Part shown: positions 14,426 to 29,450 of the stretch, piece by piece
Layout: each line of letters opens with the position of its first letter
Numbering within the stretch: position 1 is the first letter of the stretch
NCBI GenBank assembly: GCA_010015585.1
Contig: ML975157.1
DNA: 64,000 nucleotides
Direction: 5' to 3' (one strand)
DNA from: Eremomyces bilateralis CBS 781.70
Taxonomy: Eukaryota
Program-made: the position numbers and the translations under genes
The notes under the pieces: model-generated
Database searches by the model: none
What the model was told of the DNA's origin: nothing
Seen by the model: the letters and a program-made list of their open reading frames with translations, nothing else

Positions 14426-15705
14426 CTTGTTATCAAAGAGGCGATGGTTCTGCTCTGAGAAGGAGGCCCAAGATCGACGGCGCAACAGTGATGATGGAGG
14501 CCGATGGTATAACGGACTGGATCGGGGACTCTGAGACCTGCTTTTCAATCCGTCTGAGCCACCGAGTAGAGGTCGAAGATCCCCTTTGAGAGGCCGTAAT
14601 GTTGCGTCAAGGCTCATGAAGTGCAAGAATGTCAAGAAACAATGCTGTACAAAAGCCGTCGCCCCGAACTATATCGAGCTGACGGATCGTTGTCCAATAG
14701 ACAAGCCGTTGAAGAACAAGGCTAGAAATGTCCACAATTAGAGCGTCGTTCACACAGATGTACTGCAATCAAAGAAGTAGTCAGATTGCGGAACTTTCTA
14801 TAGGTCAAGGTAGGACGAGGAAAGACACGCAGGTCGCCATTTATCAAGTCGCTGAGCGGTCTTGTTACATAGCCTCCTCGGACATGCAGACTTTACCAAT
14901 ATGATGAATCCTGGATAACCTGCTGTGCTTCGCCAAAACCATCCATCCCTTGCCCAGGCATCTCGAGATGTATTACCGATTGCAGGAGGGGTAGAAACCC
15001 CCGCAAAAGTACCACTACATAAAGGCACGGCTGAATGGCAGAAAAGCTTGATTCAAGAAGAGGAGAGCATATGGATGAACGCACGAGGTCAAGCACAAAG
15101 GTAGGCCAGGCAAGTATTCCCGATATGCAGCAAGCCGTAGAGCGCAAGGGGTGTGGAAGCCTGCGTACAGAAGCTATGGGATAGCATCCGAATTGCAAAA
15201 CGAGCCATCTGGCTAAGAAAGTGACACGTCCAATTTTGCGGACCTGGATTTTCATGCCGCCAAACTTCTTACTTAGTAGAGAGATGGTATGTGAAAACTC
15301 TAATTAACTGGTGGGTATTACTCCTGATTTTGTGGCGTCGACTCGCGATGAAAGAGACTGGCCTCCATCCGGGTGTCTTGAACATCAAGATCTCGATGCC
15401 CCGGCAGTGGCGTGAATTGAGGTTGCACGGATGGTGGCACAATTCACACGCACTACACTTCTTCCTTATTAGCGGTGCGATGAGCTGCATCGGACAGTGA
15501 ATGTGAAGCCGAATGGTAAGTAACATGCCCCGGCGAGATATTGGGGATGAACATGCGTCTGACGAAAACTGATTATTAGTGGCTAGTTCTGACGGATACA
15601 GAAGCACCATCACGTCGAGCAATGCTGCAACCCGGATTTAGAATTGATCGCGCGTACAGCTGCGCAGCGCTCTGGTAATTAACAGAGAACCTTTGCACTT
15701 TAGCA

Positions 15706-17428
15706 TCATTCCCATATTCCAAGGACTGTCATAACTCCAGCTCCCCCCCCAAGACTAATCAGTCCCACTGACACCTCTTTCCAGTCCGCATTGCTCAGTT
15801 CACCACGTAGCCAGTCCTCACTCCACATCTCCACCACTGCCACCCAGATTAAAACTCCGGCACTCAAAGCATCCATCGCCCCCACCGTTTGGATCGTTCT
15901 CGGATCGTTCTCATTGAAAGTGTGGCGGACGATGAGACCGATAGCCATACCAATCGGGGCTGTCACCGCAAACGCCACTCCGTAGAGTAGTTTGCTGAGA
16001 AGTGTCGGATGCCAGAGCGTAGCGATTCGGGCACCAAGCGCCAGACCTTCAAAGAGTTGATGGAGGAGGATGACGGCGAAGAGGACCGTAAAGTTGGCGG
16101 CGGGCGTCACAGTCAGTAAGACACCGAGCACTAGATATACTTATGTCAGATCGTCTATCGCTTCGTGGTGAGAGAAAATGGCAACCCACAGATCGAATGG
16201 AAAATCATTCCCGCTTCCATGATCATAACATGTAGCTTTTCCTTCTCATGCTGAGCGATTCCTTCCTGGTCCCATATTGCTAGGTCCCGCTCAATCGCTC
16301 TCGGACTCTTCATATCGCGTTGTTGTAGAGGTGCCAGGATGCGAGATGGATATATATCCGTGGATGTCCCGTGTTTTGCCCTGGACGAGAGATACCGAAG
16401 ACCTGCATAGTCCACCAAAAACGAAATGAAGACGCCCGCCATTGCAATAACGGTTGCTGTGCTCTCAAATGACAGCTCTCCAAGGCAGGGGTTAAGGAAT
16501 TGTAAGAATGCATGCGAAAGGAGCTGCAACTGTCAGTACTGGGAGTTGAGGGGCACAGGAGGTATACTTGCGTGAATAAAAATCGTTGCAATAATAACGC
16601 CCGTCCCAAATTGCTTGATAGCAGTGAAAACCAGACCATCTTTTCGTATACGGGTCCACTTTCTGATCCCGATAGGTCCCAGGACGGCTGTCGAACTCGT
16701 TAGCGGACAGACTTCTGGCTGGCCATCGAGACACGAACCGACGGAGCTGGTCGCTAGGACGATGAAGATGCTAGCCACTCGAAAGGTAAGGTCCGAGTCT
16801 CCAACTCGTTCTGCATCACACTTTGCGATGCCACCCATCTTGGCATGGCCGTGTCCTCCAGAGCTCTCTTCCATAGAAGACGACCCTTCTCTATTACTGC
16901 TTTCGCCGGCACCGTGTCCGCCATGAGCCGGCTCATGGCTGTGGCCTGGAGCTTCAGGAGACTCATTGTGGCTAGTATCTTGCACGTGTCTGTCATCGTC
17001 ATTTCTTAGAACCTGAGCTTCGCGGAGTTCCGCAACTTCCGTCCAGCTACATTCCATCTCATGAAAGTTATGGACCTACCCTGGTTGGATTTGAGACGGT
17101 ACACTGTCTGTTTGGCCCGGAGCGGACGCAGCTGTTGGAGTGGAACCATCTACAAGGCAGAATCTACAAGAGGAATCAGTCAAGATATTAGCCGCCCCTG
17201 AGCTGTTGCCTTACAGCTGGCCCCCCTCAATATGGCAATCTGGTCTTGCAGAAGGCGTGACTTGCGGCAGATCGGTAGGCCTTTCACAGTATCTAGAATT
17301 CATTAGCGAGTTGATTATTCGAGAAATTCGGATAAAACAGACTCTATATTGCCATTCCAATGACACTGCGAAACGACCGGGCTGACTGCCAAAGAAATAC
17401 TAAAGATTGAAAACAATAACCGCCTCAT
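15706..17428 (-). CDS. zrfC: ZIP-family zinc transporter, ZrfC/Candida Zrt1 type, with signal peptide and CH-x7-C repeats
   Basis: Signal-like MRRLLFSIFSISLAVSPVVS. Spliced repeats CHWNGNIE|YC and CHIEGGQL|FC (introns 17342-17293 and 17214-17164). His-rich linker. ZIP motifs IKQFGTGVIIATIFIH, NPCLGELSFE, MEAGMIFHS, HQLFEGLALGARIA, DALSAGVLIWVAVVEMW. Confidence 0.88.
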
Positions 17429-17887
17429 AGCGAAGAATGAGTTGAGAAAGGAAATGCATTGGAGCGCGATGCCATAGCAGCGCTCCCATCTAGGTGGATG
17501 GAGGTAGGTTGATATAACATGCAACCAGGGAAGCTGTACAAGCTGGAAACACCCACCGAGAACGGCGAGAATATATTCCGTACGGTCCGAGGACTTCGTA
17601 GTAAAGCCTATCAACTTGCTGCGGCTCAAAGTGAATAGATATATTCCGAGACGTGCCAAGCTACGTTTCAAACGTTTGGGTCAATCTAGTTGGGATTGGC
17701 AGGGGTTGGCGTTGACGCTGAAGGAGACACAAATCGAGGTGATCAGCACGATGACCTGCTGGGGAAGCGCTCACTGGGAAAAGTAACGATCACTTGGTGC
17801 GAGATTCATTACATCTGTACAACTATTCCATGCAAGAATTCTAGTGAGACCGATGTAGTGTAGGTATTTTCTGTGTTCAAATCCCCC

Positions 17888-18268
17888 CAGGGTTTAGGGC
17901 ACCCAAGATTCTGTCGGTAAGGAATCTGCAGTACATGTGTTACTATCTGACGAGTTATACAAGCAGAACCGGCACCACTGCAGACTCCCGCAAGATGATG
18001 TTGAGGTTTAAGACTGAAAAGCGACCACAGAGGATAGACGGATTGGAAAGGAGACGGAGTAAGTGTTTCGAAGACAGACATGGTCAAAATTCACCTGGTA
18101 GACTCACACCGGTTGCGAGGATGGTTTTGAAAAAATAATAAGACACCCGGAGTAAAAGTAAGGCCGAATGAAAGCAGAATAATGGGAATGTCTTACCGTA
18201 CCGTTTGCAAGTTTGTTTATAAAAGATTCTGTTTGTCGGCAGCGAACCATCAAGGTTTCCATCAAGGT
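17888..18268. promoter_or_regulatory. Putative ZafA/Zap1 zinc-response elements in the bidirectional zrfC-NAS promoter
   Basis: CAGGGT at 17888-17893, and tandem CCATCAAGGT copies with CAAGGT cores at 18251-18256 and 18263-18268. ACCATCAAGGT is one mismatch from the yeast ZRE ACCTTNAAGGT; CARGGT is the core of the Aspergillus ZafA motif. Confidence 0.6.
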
Positions 18269-18411
18269 ACGCTGGAGACACCCCAGGTTGCCCTATTATA
18301 CGACTGGAGATTGGGATGCCGTAAGTATCTTGGGACTGGCTTCACTTGGTATCAGAATCGAGCCGAACGTTTTCCCTTCATTGGACAGTAGTGTGGAGAG
18401 AATCGCCAGCG

Positions 18412-19539
18412 ATGACTACCCCAACAGACCGAACCGCAACGGTTCCAGTGCAGTTTCAAAAGCCGTATCGAGGATCTGTGGCGGAGACTTCTGGCCTTGT
18501 TACCCCTCCGGATGACACGGGCAGTCCGCCGACACTGCATGACGATAGCGCTCGAGAGGAGGCTCATGATATAATAGAGCGGCTGGTTGGAATCTATCAC
18601 CAATTGCTCGCACACCGATCCTTGGCTCCAAGTGCAGAGGTTTCCGAAACGTTCGGTCGTCTCGTGCGTGCATGCATCGAGCCTCGCAGCAAACAGACCG
18701 TCGAACTCGTCTTGTCGGATCCGGTCCTGAACAAGATTGCCTCGAGCCTGCTCAAGCTGTGCTCTGCTGGAGAGACAGAGCTGGAACTGTCTTGGGCTGG
18801 ACGCATTGTCAATTCTGGTGCTGGGAGCAACCAGTCTGGTAAGCACAGTGCATACACACTCTTCCAAGTGCCATCTGCTGACGGACAGTTCCGCAGCACA
18901 AGAGACGCTGCGAGCGTTCCCCTATTACGACAACTATGCCAGGCTCAGCCGCCTCGAATGCGCCAATCTCGTTACGCTATTACCCTCGGATCCAACATCC
19001 ATTGCATTCATTGGATGCGGTCCCCTTCCTCTCTCGTCATTCTGTCTGTCTGACCGATTTCCCGCCGCGCGAATCAATAATATCGACCACGACGTGACCG
19101 CCATCAGCCATGCCGAGAAACTATCCAATGCGCTCGGATACGATCAGGTTACGTTCACTCATGCATCGGCGGCAGAGTGTGGGAGCCTTCGGACGTTTGA
19201 CGTCGTGCTCATGGCCGCGTTAGTCGGGATGGACCAGGGCGAGAAGATGAATTTGGTGCGGAATCTCGCGGCGGAGATGCGCCCTGGAGCGATCCTGTGC
19301 ATCCGGAGCGCGCATTCGTTGAGGTCGTTGCTCTATCCGGTAAGCTGGCGCTTTGAATCTGCCACGAGGGCTATCGTGGTCGAGACATGCTAAGCAAGTG
19401 ATCACAGACGATTGAGATGTCCATTCACTGCCTTGATATAGGACTGAGACCACTTCTGGAGGTTCATCCGTGGCATGACGTCGTCAACTCGACACTATTT
19501 ACGAGTGTAGAGAGGACGGATGCCGGAGATGACAGGTGA
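18412..19539 (+). CDS. NAS: Nicotianamine synthase (3 exons)
   Basis: Exons 18412-18838, 18897-19339, 19408-19539 with GTAAGC..CAG introns. NAS motifs TFGRLVRAC, LLKLCSAGETELELSWA, FPYYDNYARL, IAFIGCGPLPLSS, FDVVLMAALVG, RSAHSLRSLLYP, EVHPWHDVVNS. Confidence 0.93.
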
Positions 19540-20266
19540 GCATGACGGGGCACTTGGGTGTTTTTGAGCTGTGCATCGAGCTCCTGGATGAGGAAATAGA
19601 ACCTCCATTTCCTCCTGGTGATCAGATGTGTCGTCCCTTGTTAGAACTATCTCAGCTAGTTCCCTAAATGCAGAGATCGAGAGAGAGAGGGCGAAATTTG
19701 GGTGGAAAATAGTGTGCCACTCGATGAAATGGATTAAATCAACGACTGGAAGCATGAAACAATGGAGAGGGCTTCCATCAAAATACGGGACGCTGATGAA
19801 TCCAGGTCGGGTTAATAGTAAGAAACTGGTTGGAGTGCTAATTAATTAGCCACCCATGCGCCAACGCAACATTCAACAGTGAGACAACCAACCCAACAGC
19901 AACTTCAACAGCGAAATAATTTTGTAAACACTTCCCTTACCAGTAAGATTGCTGACGTATTGGTTAAGCTTAAAACCTGGTACTAATAATTGCCTTATTG
20001 AGAAATTCGACAAGATTTGGTCAGCATCTGTCATCAATGATCAATCAGAGAGACTTTTAGCCCCACGCTTTCGCTTCATCTACACGTCATTTATATCAGC
20101 TCTTGCGAAGGACTGGGAGGTCTGGACGCATCAGAACGATCTCGCGGGTTCAATTTTAGACCTGTATATTATTACCTCACATTTGATATTTGTATAACCG
20201 TTCTTGAACATTTTCCCTTCCTCTTTTCTTTGGTGTGTCGAAAGAGCTTGGAAGTAACCGTAAATA

Positions 20267-21200
20267 ATGACAACACCCCGAGTCTTTCTCGTCCGACATG
20301 GAGAGACGGAATGGAGCTTGAACGGCCAACATACAGGCACCACTGAGCTTGAACTCACTGCCAATGGCGAAAAGCGTGTGTTGGAGACGGGGAAGGCATT
20401 GGTCGGCAACGATCGATTGATCGTACCCAAGAACCTTGCCCACATGTACGTTTCGCGGCTCCTGACACTATTCCAGACACAGACATTTAATGGCGACCCA
20501 GCTACGTATCGCCGCGAAAACGCGCTCAAAGGACGCTCGAGTTGCTTCGGATCGGCTGCAAGGAGCGATACCCATGGAACGAGCAGCGTGAGCAGAGCGA
20601 CGGCGCGATTCGGACGCAGGCGGAAGTGGAAATCACGGAGGATATCCGAGAGTGGGACTACGGTGCCTATGAAGGATTGACGACCAAGCAGATCCGCGAG
20701 ATGCGGTTGCGGGGAGGGGAGAGCGAGAATTGGGATATCTGGCGAGATGGGTGCCCAGGCGGCGCGTGAGTTTCGCACTCACTTACCGAAGAGGAGCAAT
20801 TGCTGAACATCTCAGGTCTCCCCACCAGATCACGGAACGGCTGGATCGACTGATCAATGATCTGCGGTCCAGGTTCCATGCTAATGCGATTGGAAAGCCC
20901 AAGGGCAAAGCCGGCCCTTGCGATGTGTTGATCGTTGCCCACGGACACATTCTCAGGGCATTTGCGGCTCGATGGGTGAAGCGAGATGTAGCGACCAATC
21001 CGTCTCTAATTATGGAGGCCGGCGGAGTGGGAACCCTGAGGTGAGTCATGGTTGTTAGCCTGGATATTGAGGGAGTCGTCGTTGACTCGATTAGTTACGA
21101 GCATCATAGTATCGACGAGCCGGCCATCTTGCTTGGAGGCGGCTTCATGGTGGACATCGTCGAGGAGATAGAGCAGGAGAAGAATCAGACGAAAGGCTAA
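20267..21200 (+). CDS. SHB17: Histidine phosphatase (phosphoglycerate mutase family), sedoheptulose-1,7-bisphosphatase-like
   Basis: [67 protein letters not shown]. Introns 20446-20501, 20766-20816, 21041-21094. Confidence 0.88.
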
Positions 21201-21725
21201 AGGGCCATGCACTGTTTTCGAGCGGATGTCTGGGGGACGATATGAAAGTTATACTACTGAGGGCGCCGTGCCTCTATCTGTCATCTCATCCTGGCTGTGG
21301 AACATGCTCGAATGAAGCGCGTTAGAATAGTGATCCCCTCTTAACTTAGCTATTACGATGACGCATATGGAAGCATAGTTAGTATGGGAGGCGGAACAAA
21401 ATACGAAATCGTAAATCGTAGCCTGCAATTTTCAAGTCTCGTGGGTGCTATGGTTCTTGATTGGCGGGGTATGACTTGGGGGCACGATCGGACGAAGCGA
21501 CTCAGAAGAGGGTCCAAACAGCCCCTCACTAACTTGAAAAGGTCTGGCAGTTAGGAGAGAGGCAGAGACAAGGACCGATTGTCAATTGGACTTGATGGAA
21601 ATCTTAATTCCTTGAAACCGGGTGGGGGAAGTGGAAAATCGTGAGCGATAACGGCGGAGTGGCACTCCCACGGTTCAGTCATTCTGTAGAGTGGCGTCAG
21701 AGCAAAACCCGGTCCCTGATCGCTG

Positions 21726-21731
21726 TGACTC
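21726..21731 (+). promoter_or_regulatory. Candidate Gcn4/CpcA element upstream of ARG5,6
   Basis: TGACTC inside the dyad CTGTGA-CTC-TCACAG; a second TGACTC at 22085-22090. Arginine biosynthesis genes are classic cross-pathway control targets. Confidence 0.4.
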
Positions 21732-22043
21732 TCACAGGGAAAATTTCCCCTTCCATCCATCCATCACTCCATCCGATCAAAATCACTCACCGAACCTCAA
21801 CCTGTTCGTCAAAATTCCCTCGTGCCGGTTTCCTTCCTTTCCTATATCTTCCCGTCGCAATCCTTTCTCGGCCGCTCTCTACTCCTCCCTTTCCCATCCT
21901 CCCCAGAGCTCCAGTCAAGCTCCTCGGGCCATACTATGCACTGAGCGCACCTCAATTGCTGGTTGGCCTGCCCTGATATCCTTTCACGTAAGACCTACAC
22001 AATTCGCCTACACACCGTCCATCCCAGAAGGACCTTTGAATAG

Positions 22044-24976
<2,933 letters not shown>

Positions 24977-25686
24977 ATGGAGTGACGAAGCCAAGGAGCG
25001 CAGAGATACGCAGCGATTCCTTCCACGTGCTATGTTGGCAGGGAAGATGGGACTCTGAGTAGTCGAGAGTGCTTGTGGGACGACGGATTGGCCTTGTGAT
25101 GTCCGATGCATTGTCTTTCGAAGTTGGTCGTGGTTATCTGCAAGCATCTCGTAGCGATATAAAGGCATCGAACAGCCTTGACAGGGTTGGCAGGACAGCG
25201 TGGGAAGACGCTCATAGCGCGAAAAGGGGACGTGTGCTTGTCGGTGAATGATGGCAAGGTAGATTAGAGGAGGATCCGGCGAGGAAACGTAGGGACATTG
25301 AATAGATGCAACCGTTCACTTCGAGTAGTTATTGCTTCTCTATTTGCAGTATGCTAGTAGTACCTCGTTTCACTTCGATTTCGGAGAAATAGGGGGCACC
25401 ACTAATATCCCAGACGTCAGATCCATCCTCATCTGTACCAGGCGTCAGTCAGTTGACCCTTTCCTATAACTTACCTTTTGGCAGTCCTCACAGATAACAC
25501 AATGTACCAGGTACATGAAATTCGGCCAGCAAAATATATCTGCCTTTGCGAGACGATGCTGGGCGCCTAGTCTTAATATTGCTTAATCTCGTCACGGCGA
25601 CAATGCTTATTGCTCAGTAATGCCGCCTCGCTGGATACGAGTTTTCTCGTTCCGCCTTGGCCAGCTGGCTTGTTTAGCGGCTGAGA

Positions 25687-27060
25687 TCAGAGGCAGGTAT
25701 GGTTGTATGGAAGTTGCTCCGAGCGCTGGTGGAATGGTGCCGGATTTAGCACTGTGGGGGCGCCATGGATTAGTATATGTATTGCAGATGCATATTCCGA
25801 GAGATCGGTGAGATTAGCGATGAGATTAAGTTCTAGGGCCATATATCTGCGGATTAGAGACGTATGTTTCAGCACGTCGGAGCAACAGGATGGCAACATA
25901 AATCTTCCGTGGCTATCAGTCGCGCGAGCCCACGTGCTGGCGTGCGTGCATCTCATTCGCCCTTCCCACCCCTGGTGGTCAATGTAAGCTGTGTTCAGGA
26001 GCCTCAGCTTATTGTTTACGCTGTGGCCAAGATGGTTTGGGAGTGATTGCTTCCAAAACCCGAGAACAAGGGCTGGAAGCGAGAAGGCACAACAACAACG
26101 CGATGCGCGCATGCAGGCGACCATGGGTGCCAGAAACATGTTCAGATAAGCATATCATGACTCTAACTTCAGGAGTGACACTTCACAATTGACGACGATC
26201 TCGGTGTTAAATATAGACGCTCATTGATGACGAAAAAGAAAATGCGATCTAAGAGACATATTGAAGCAACACTGGCGGTACCGACAAAAATCTTCTGCTG
26301 ATGTTGTTTCTTTAGAAAAATCTGAGACAATACGATTATTCCAGCTGTATTCTCCAGCATCATCGTGTCATCGAGGCGGCAACCAGTCTAGATCGCTCCA
26401 GATTTCCGAAACTACTGCTCGATGAACGAAACAGCCGAGAAGGATAACCCTACGAGAGAAAGGCCGGCCAGGATGCCCTGTAGTACCAAGGAACACATGC
26501 TTTTGCCATATAGCTTGATTCTTGCGGGATTGTATATAGAATGACCATAATATATGGCAATTTATGTTCGGGTAGATCTTTCATCTACACGAGGGAATAC
26601 GGTGGATTGAAATTTGAAGGAGCTCAAGGAGGGAGTTGAGGACAAGGTCACGTGCCTCGGACCAAGGATCGCTGCATTTCGCGCCCCTGTCGCCCGCCGG
26701 ACAGCACCTACTTGCCATTTCGGCACTTCCTACACTGCCTGACTGACGTGACTGAAGTTGACGGTAGTGGAGAAAGGCCACCATGAGGTCAATTGTTTCT
26801 TGGCAAGCCTCCACTTGTACAGGCCAGGTCTCAGGGTTTATACCTGATTCGGAAGTTCTTCTAGAAGGATTAGGCATGCTTCGTCTCATTCGAACGGATA
26901 CATAACCCTCAAGTACATTAGCCAAGACCGCAGCATATGTCTCTCCTGATGCGCAGCATGGTACTTTGGCCAGGTCTCGCCGGCTATGCCCGAATATATC
27001 TGCGGAACGTTTGATGTTTTGTTGATGCAGCAATAACTGGAGAATGAAGATGGAATCCAT
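25687..27060 (-). pseudogene. Possible decayed gene remnant of unknown family
   Basis: Three successive minus-strand ORFs (27060-26581, 26363-26169, 26139-25687) with protein-like helical stretches separated by stops. No consistent splice model or motif found. Confidence 0.25.
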
Positions 27061-27103
27061 CAGTGGGTACGGCGTTACGGTGATCTGGAGATGGACGAGG
27101 GCT

Positions 27104-27145
27104 AAGCTTTACGGGTTAAGCTTTGCGGGTCAAGCTTCACGGACA
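27104..27145 (+). repeat. Degenerate 14-bp tandem repeat, 3 copies
   Basis: AAGCTTTACGGGTT / AAGCTTTGCGGGTC / AAGCTTCACGGACA. Confidence 0.7.
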
Positions 27146-27681
27146 CGGGGACAAGCCATGGGGGAGATGCTTTGCATTTAGTGATGCCATCGCATCTTTA
27201 GTAGATCTGATCTCCTGATAATTAGCATTGCTCCAGGTTGGCTTTCTCCTGGCCTTTCCAAGACTTTCCTCGTTCATGCCTAGACTTTCATTTCTCCATA
27301 GACGTTGAGTTGTTAGTTTACCGTTGGCAGAGCCTTTGGTTGTTTTTCAAGGGGCCACCTTTTTTTCCAAGAGGGCCTTCTCTTCTCCCCAAGCGCCGGC
27401 GTGTCGATCATGTTTTCAATTCTCGGATCTAATCCAGTAAAGTTAATCACGAGCCGTTGGAACAAACCGACTGTGGAAGTGAGTCCCAGCAACACTTGCT
27501 TTTTAAAAGATGAAGAGGCAGAGCACCACTGCCCTCCTTCATCCTATGAAGCTTCGGTTTATCCCTCTTCCACCCTGGGCCACATGACAGTGCGGGATCC
27601 TTCGACTTCGACTGGCTTCACCATTACCATAGAGAGGTGGAGCCGAAGGTTACACAGAGCCATCTCCTTTTCCGCATCACC

Positions 27682-29450
27682 ATGGCCGGCTCTTTGCCTC
27701 TTTATGATTGGCGTATTCTGCTGCTTATGGGTAACTGGAGCTTTGGATGCTGCTGGAAAGCAAACAAGGCAGACGGTATCCACTTGTATGGATTTCTTTT
27801 CCCTCGTGTGGATGGGTGCTAACCTTTGTAGACTCTGATCTGGCAAAACAGGCTGCAGCTGCCCATCGCCGCATCAGGCGAAGTGGTGGAGCCCATGGAC
27901 ATTGCGGAGAAAGCGATGATGATGATGATGACGATGAGGACGAATTTGACTATGATACGCCGTGGCATATAGCTGCTGTCGGGATCATCTTCGCCATTAG
28001 CACGTCCTCTGCTTGTTTCCCTATGATTGTGAAGACATACCCAAGACTTCGGGTTCCCACGTCTTTTCTTTTCTTTGCTCGTCACTTCGGGACCGGAGTG
28101 CTACTCGCAGCGGCGTTTGTTCATCTCCTCACCGAAGCGTTCGTCTCATTGACAAGCAAATGTCTCTCCGACTATTGGACCAAGAGGTACCCCTCAACAG
28201 CAGGCGCCGTCTGTCTTGGGGCGATTCTTCTCGTCACACTCGTAGAGATGATCTTCAGTCCGAATCGTCATCTCATCCGAGAGAAAGTCCAATACATCGA
28301 GGAGCTTGATGAATCGAGATCCAGCCAGGACGAGGCGGTGTTTCGTCTAAAAGAGATCAATATTGGTCACAAACTCGAAATTCCGGACTATCTTAGAAGC
28401 TATGCAAATGAAGCTGGAACGCATCATACGCACCATCGCCGAACTTTTTTCCGCAGGAGCAGCGGCATATTTGGAGGTCACCTTGAGCTTCCTCGATTTA
28501 GCAGGATCAATCATGGTCCTGGGATCCGAAAAAGTCACACAGCATGGCGTGACAGTTACCATCCGCGTTTCGGAGGAGCCTATCATCCCCCGCTTCCTCG
28601 ATCGAGCCACCACCACACCCATCGGGCCCCGATAAGTGGCCTTGGCACTGGCAACTTCAATCGGAACTCAACAAGCATCGGAAAAGGGCTAGATGACTTT
28701 ATAGAAAATGCGAAGAGACAAAATTATGAATTGGACGAAATTAAGAAGGCAAGGAAGAGCCGCCAGTCAACTAGGTTTCAAGGAGCTATAAACGAGAGCC
28801 AAGAAGACCTGGTCCAACCACAAGAGATGCCAAATGAGCGAAAGCTAAAGGTTACGGAGGTTGAAAGCAACTTTGAGTCGATCCCATTGTCACCAGAGCA
28901 GAAGTTCCAAAGGATGAGAGTCCAAGTCACGATGCTGGAGATGGGTGTTCTCTTCCATGGGATCTTCATCGGAATGTCTCTCAGTGTCGCAGTTGGCATG
29001 GAATTTAACATGTTCCTCGTTGCCTTCGGGTTTCACCAATTGTTCGAGGGGTTGGCTCTAGGCTCACGAATCGCGGCATTGCCGTGGCCGAAAGGTTCGA
29101 AAAAGCCGTGGTTGATGTGTTTATCATACGGAGCAACGTAAGTCTTCCCCTGCTTCACACTTTCACATCGTCCAGACACTCATGATTCTAGTGCGCCGGT
29201 CGGCCAGGCACTTGGAGTAGCCACTCATTCAGCGTATGACCCAAGCTCAGACACCGGGCTCATCTTGGTCGGAATCTTCAATGCTATTTCATCTGGACTC
29301 CTGATCTATGCTGCTCTCGTCGAGCTTCTGTCCGAAGACTTTTTGAGCGACGAAAGTTGGCGTGTTTTGCGAGGGGCTCGACGTAGCTTTGCGTTCTTTA
29401 TGGTATTTCTGGGTGCTTTCTTAATGTCTTTGGTTGCGGCGTGGGCGTAA
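27682..29450 (+). CDS. Second ZIP-family metal transporter with a long His/Arg-rich cytoplasmic loop (ZrfD/E-like)
   Basis: Start in ATCACC-ATG-G context; introns 27776-27831 and 29138-29191. Motifs ARHFGTGVLLAAAFVHLL, LEMGVLFHGIFIG, HQLFEGLALGSRIA, NAISSGLLIYAALVELLSEDFL, GAFLMSLVAAWA. Confidence 0.92.
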
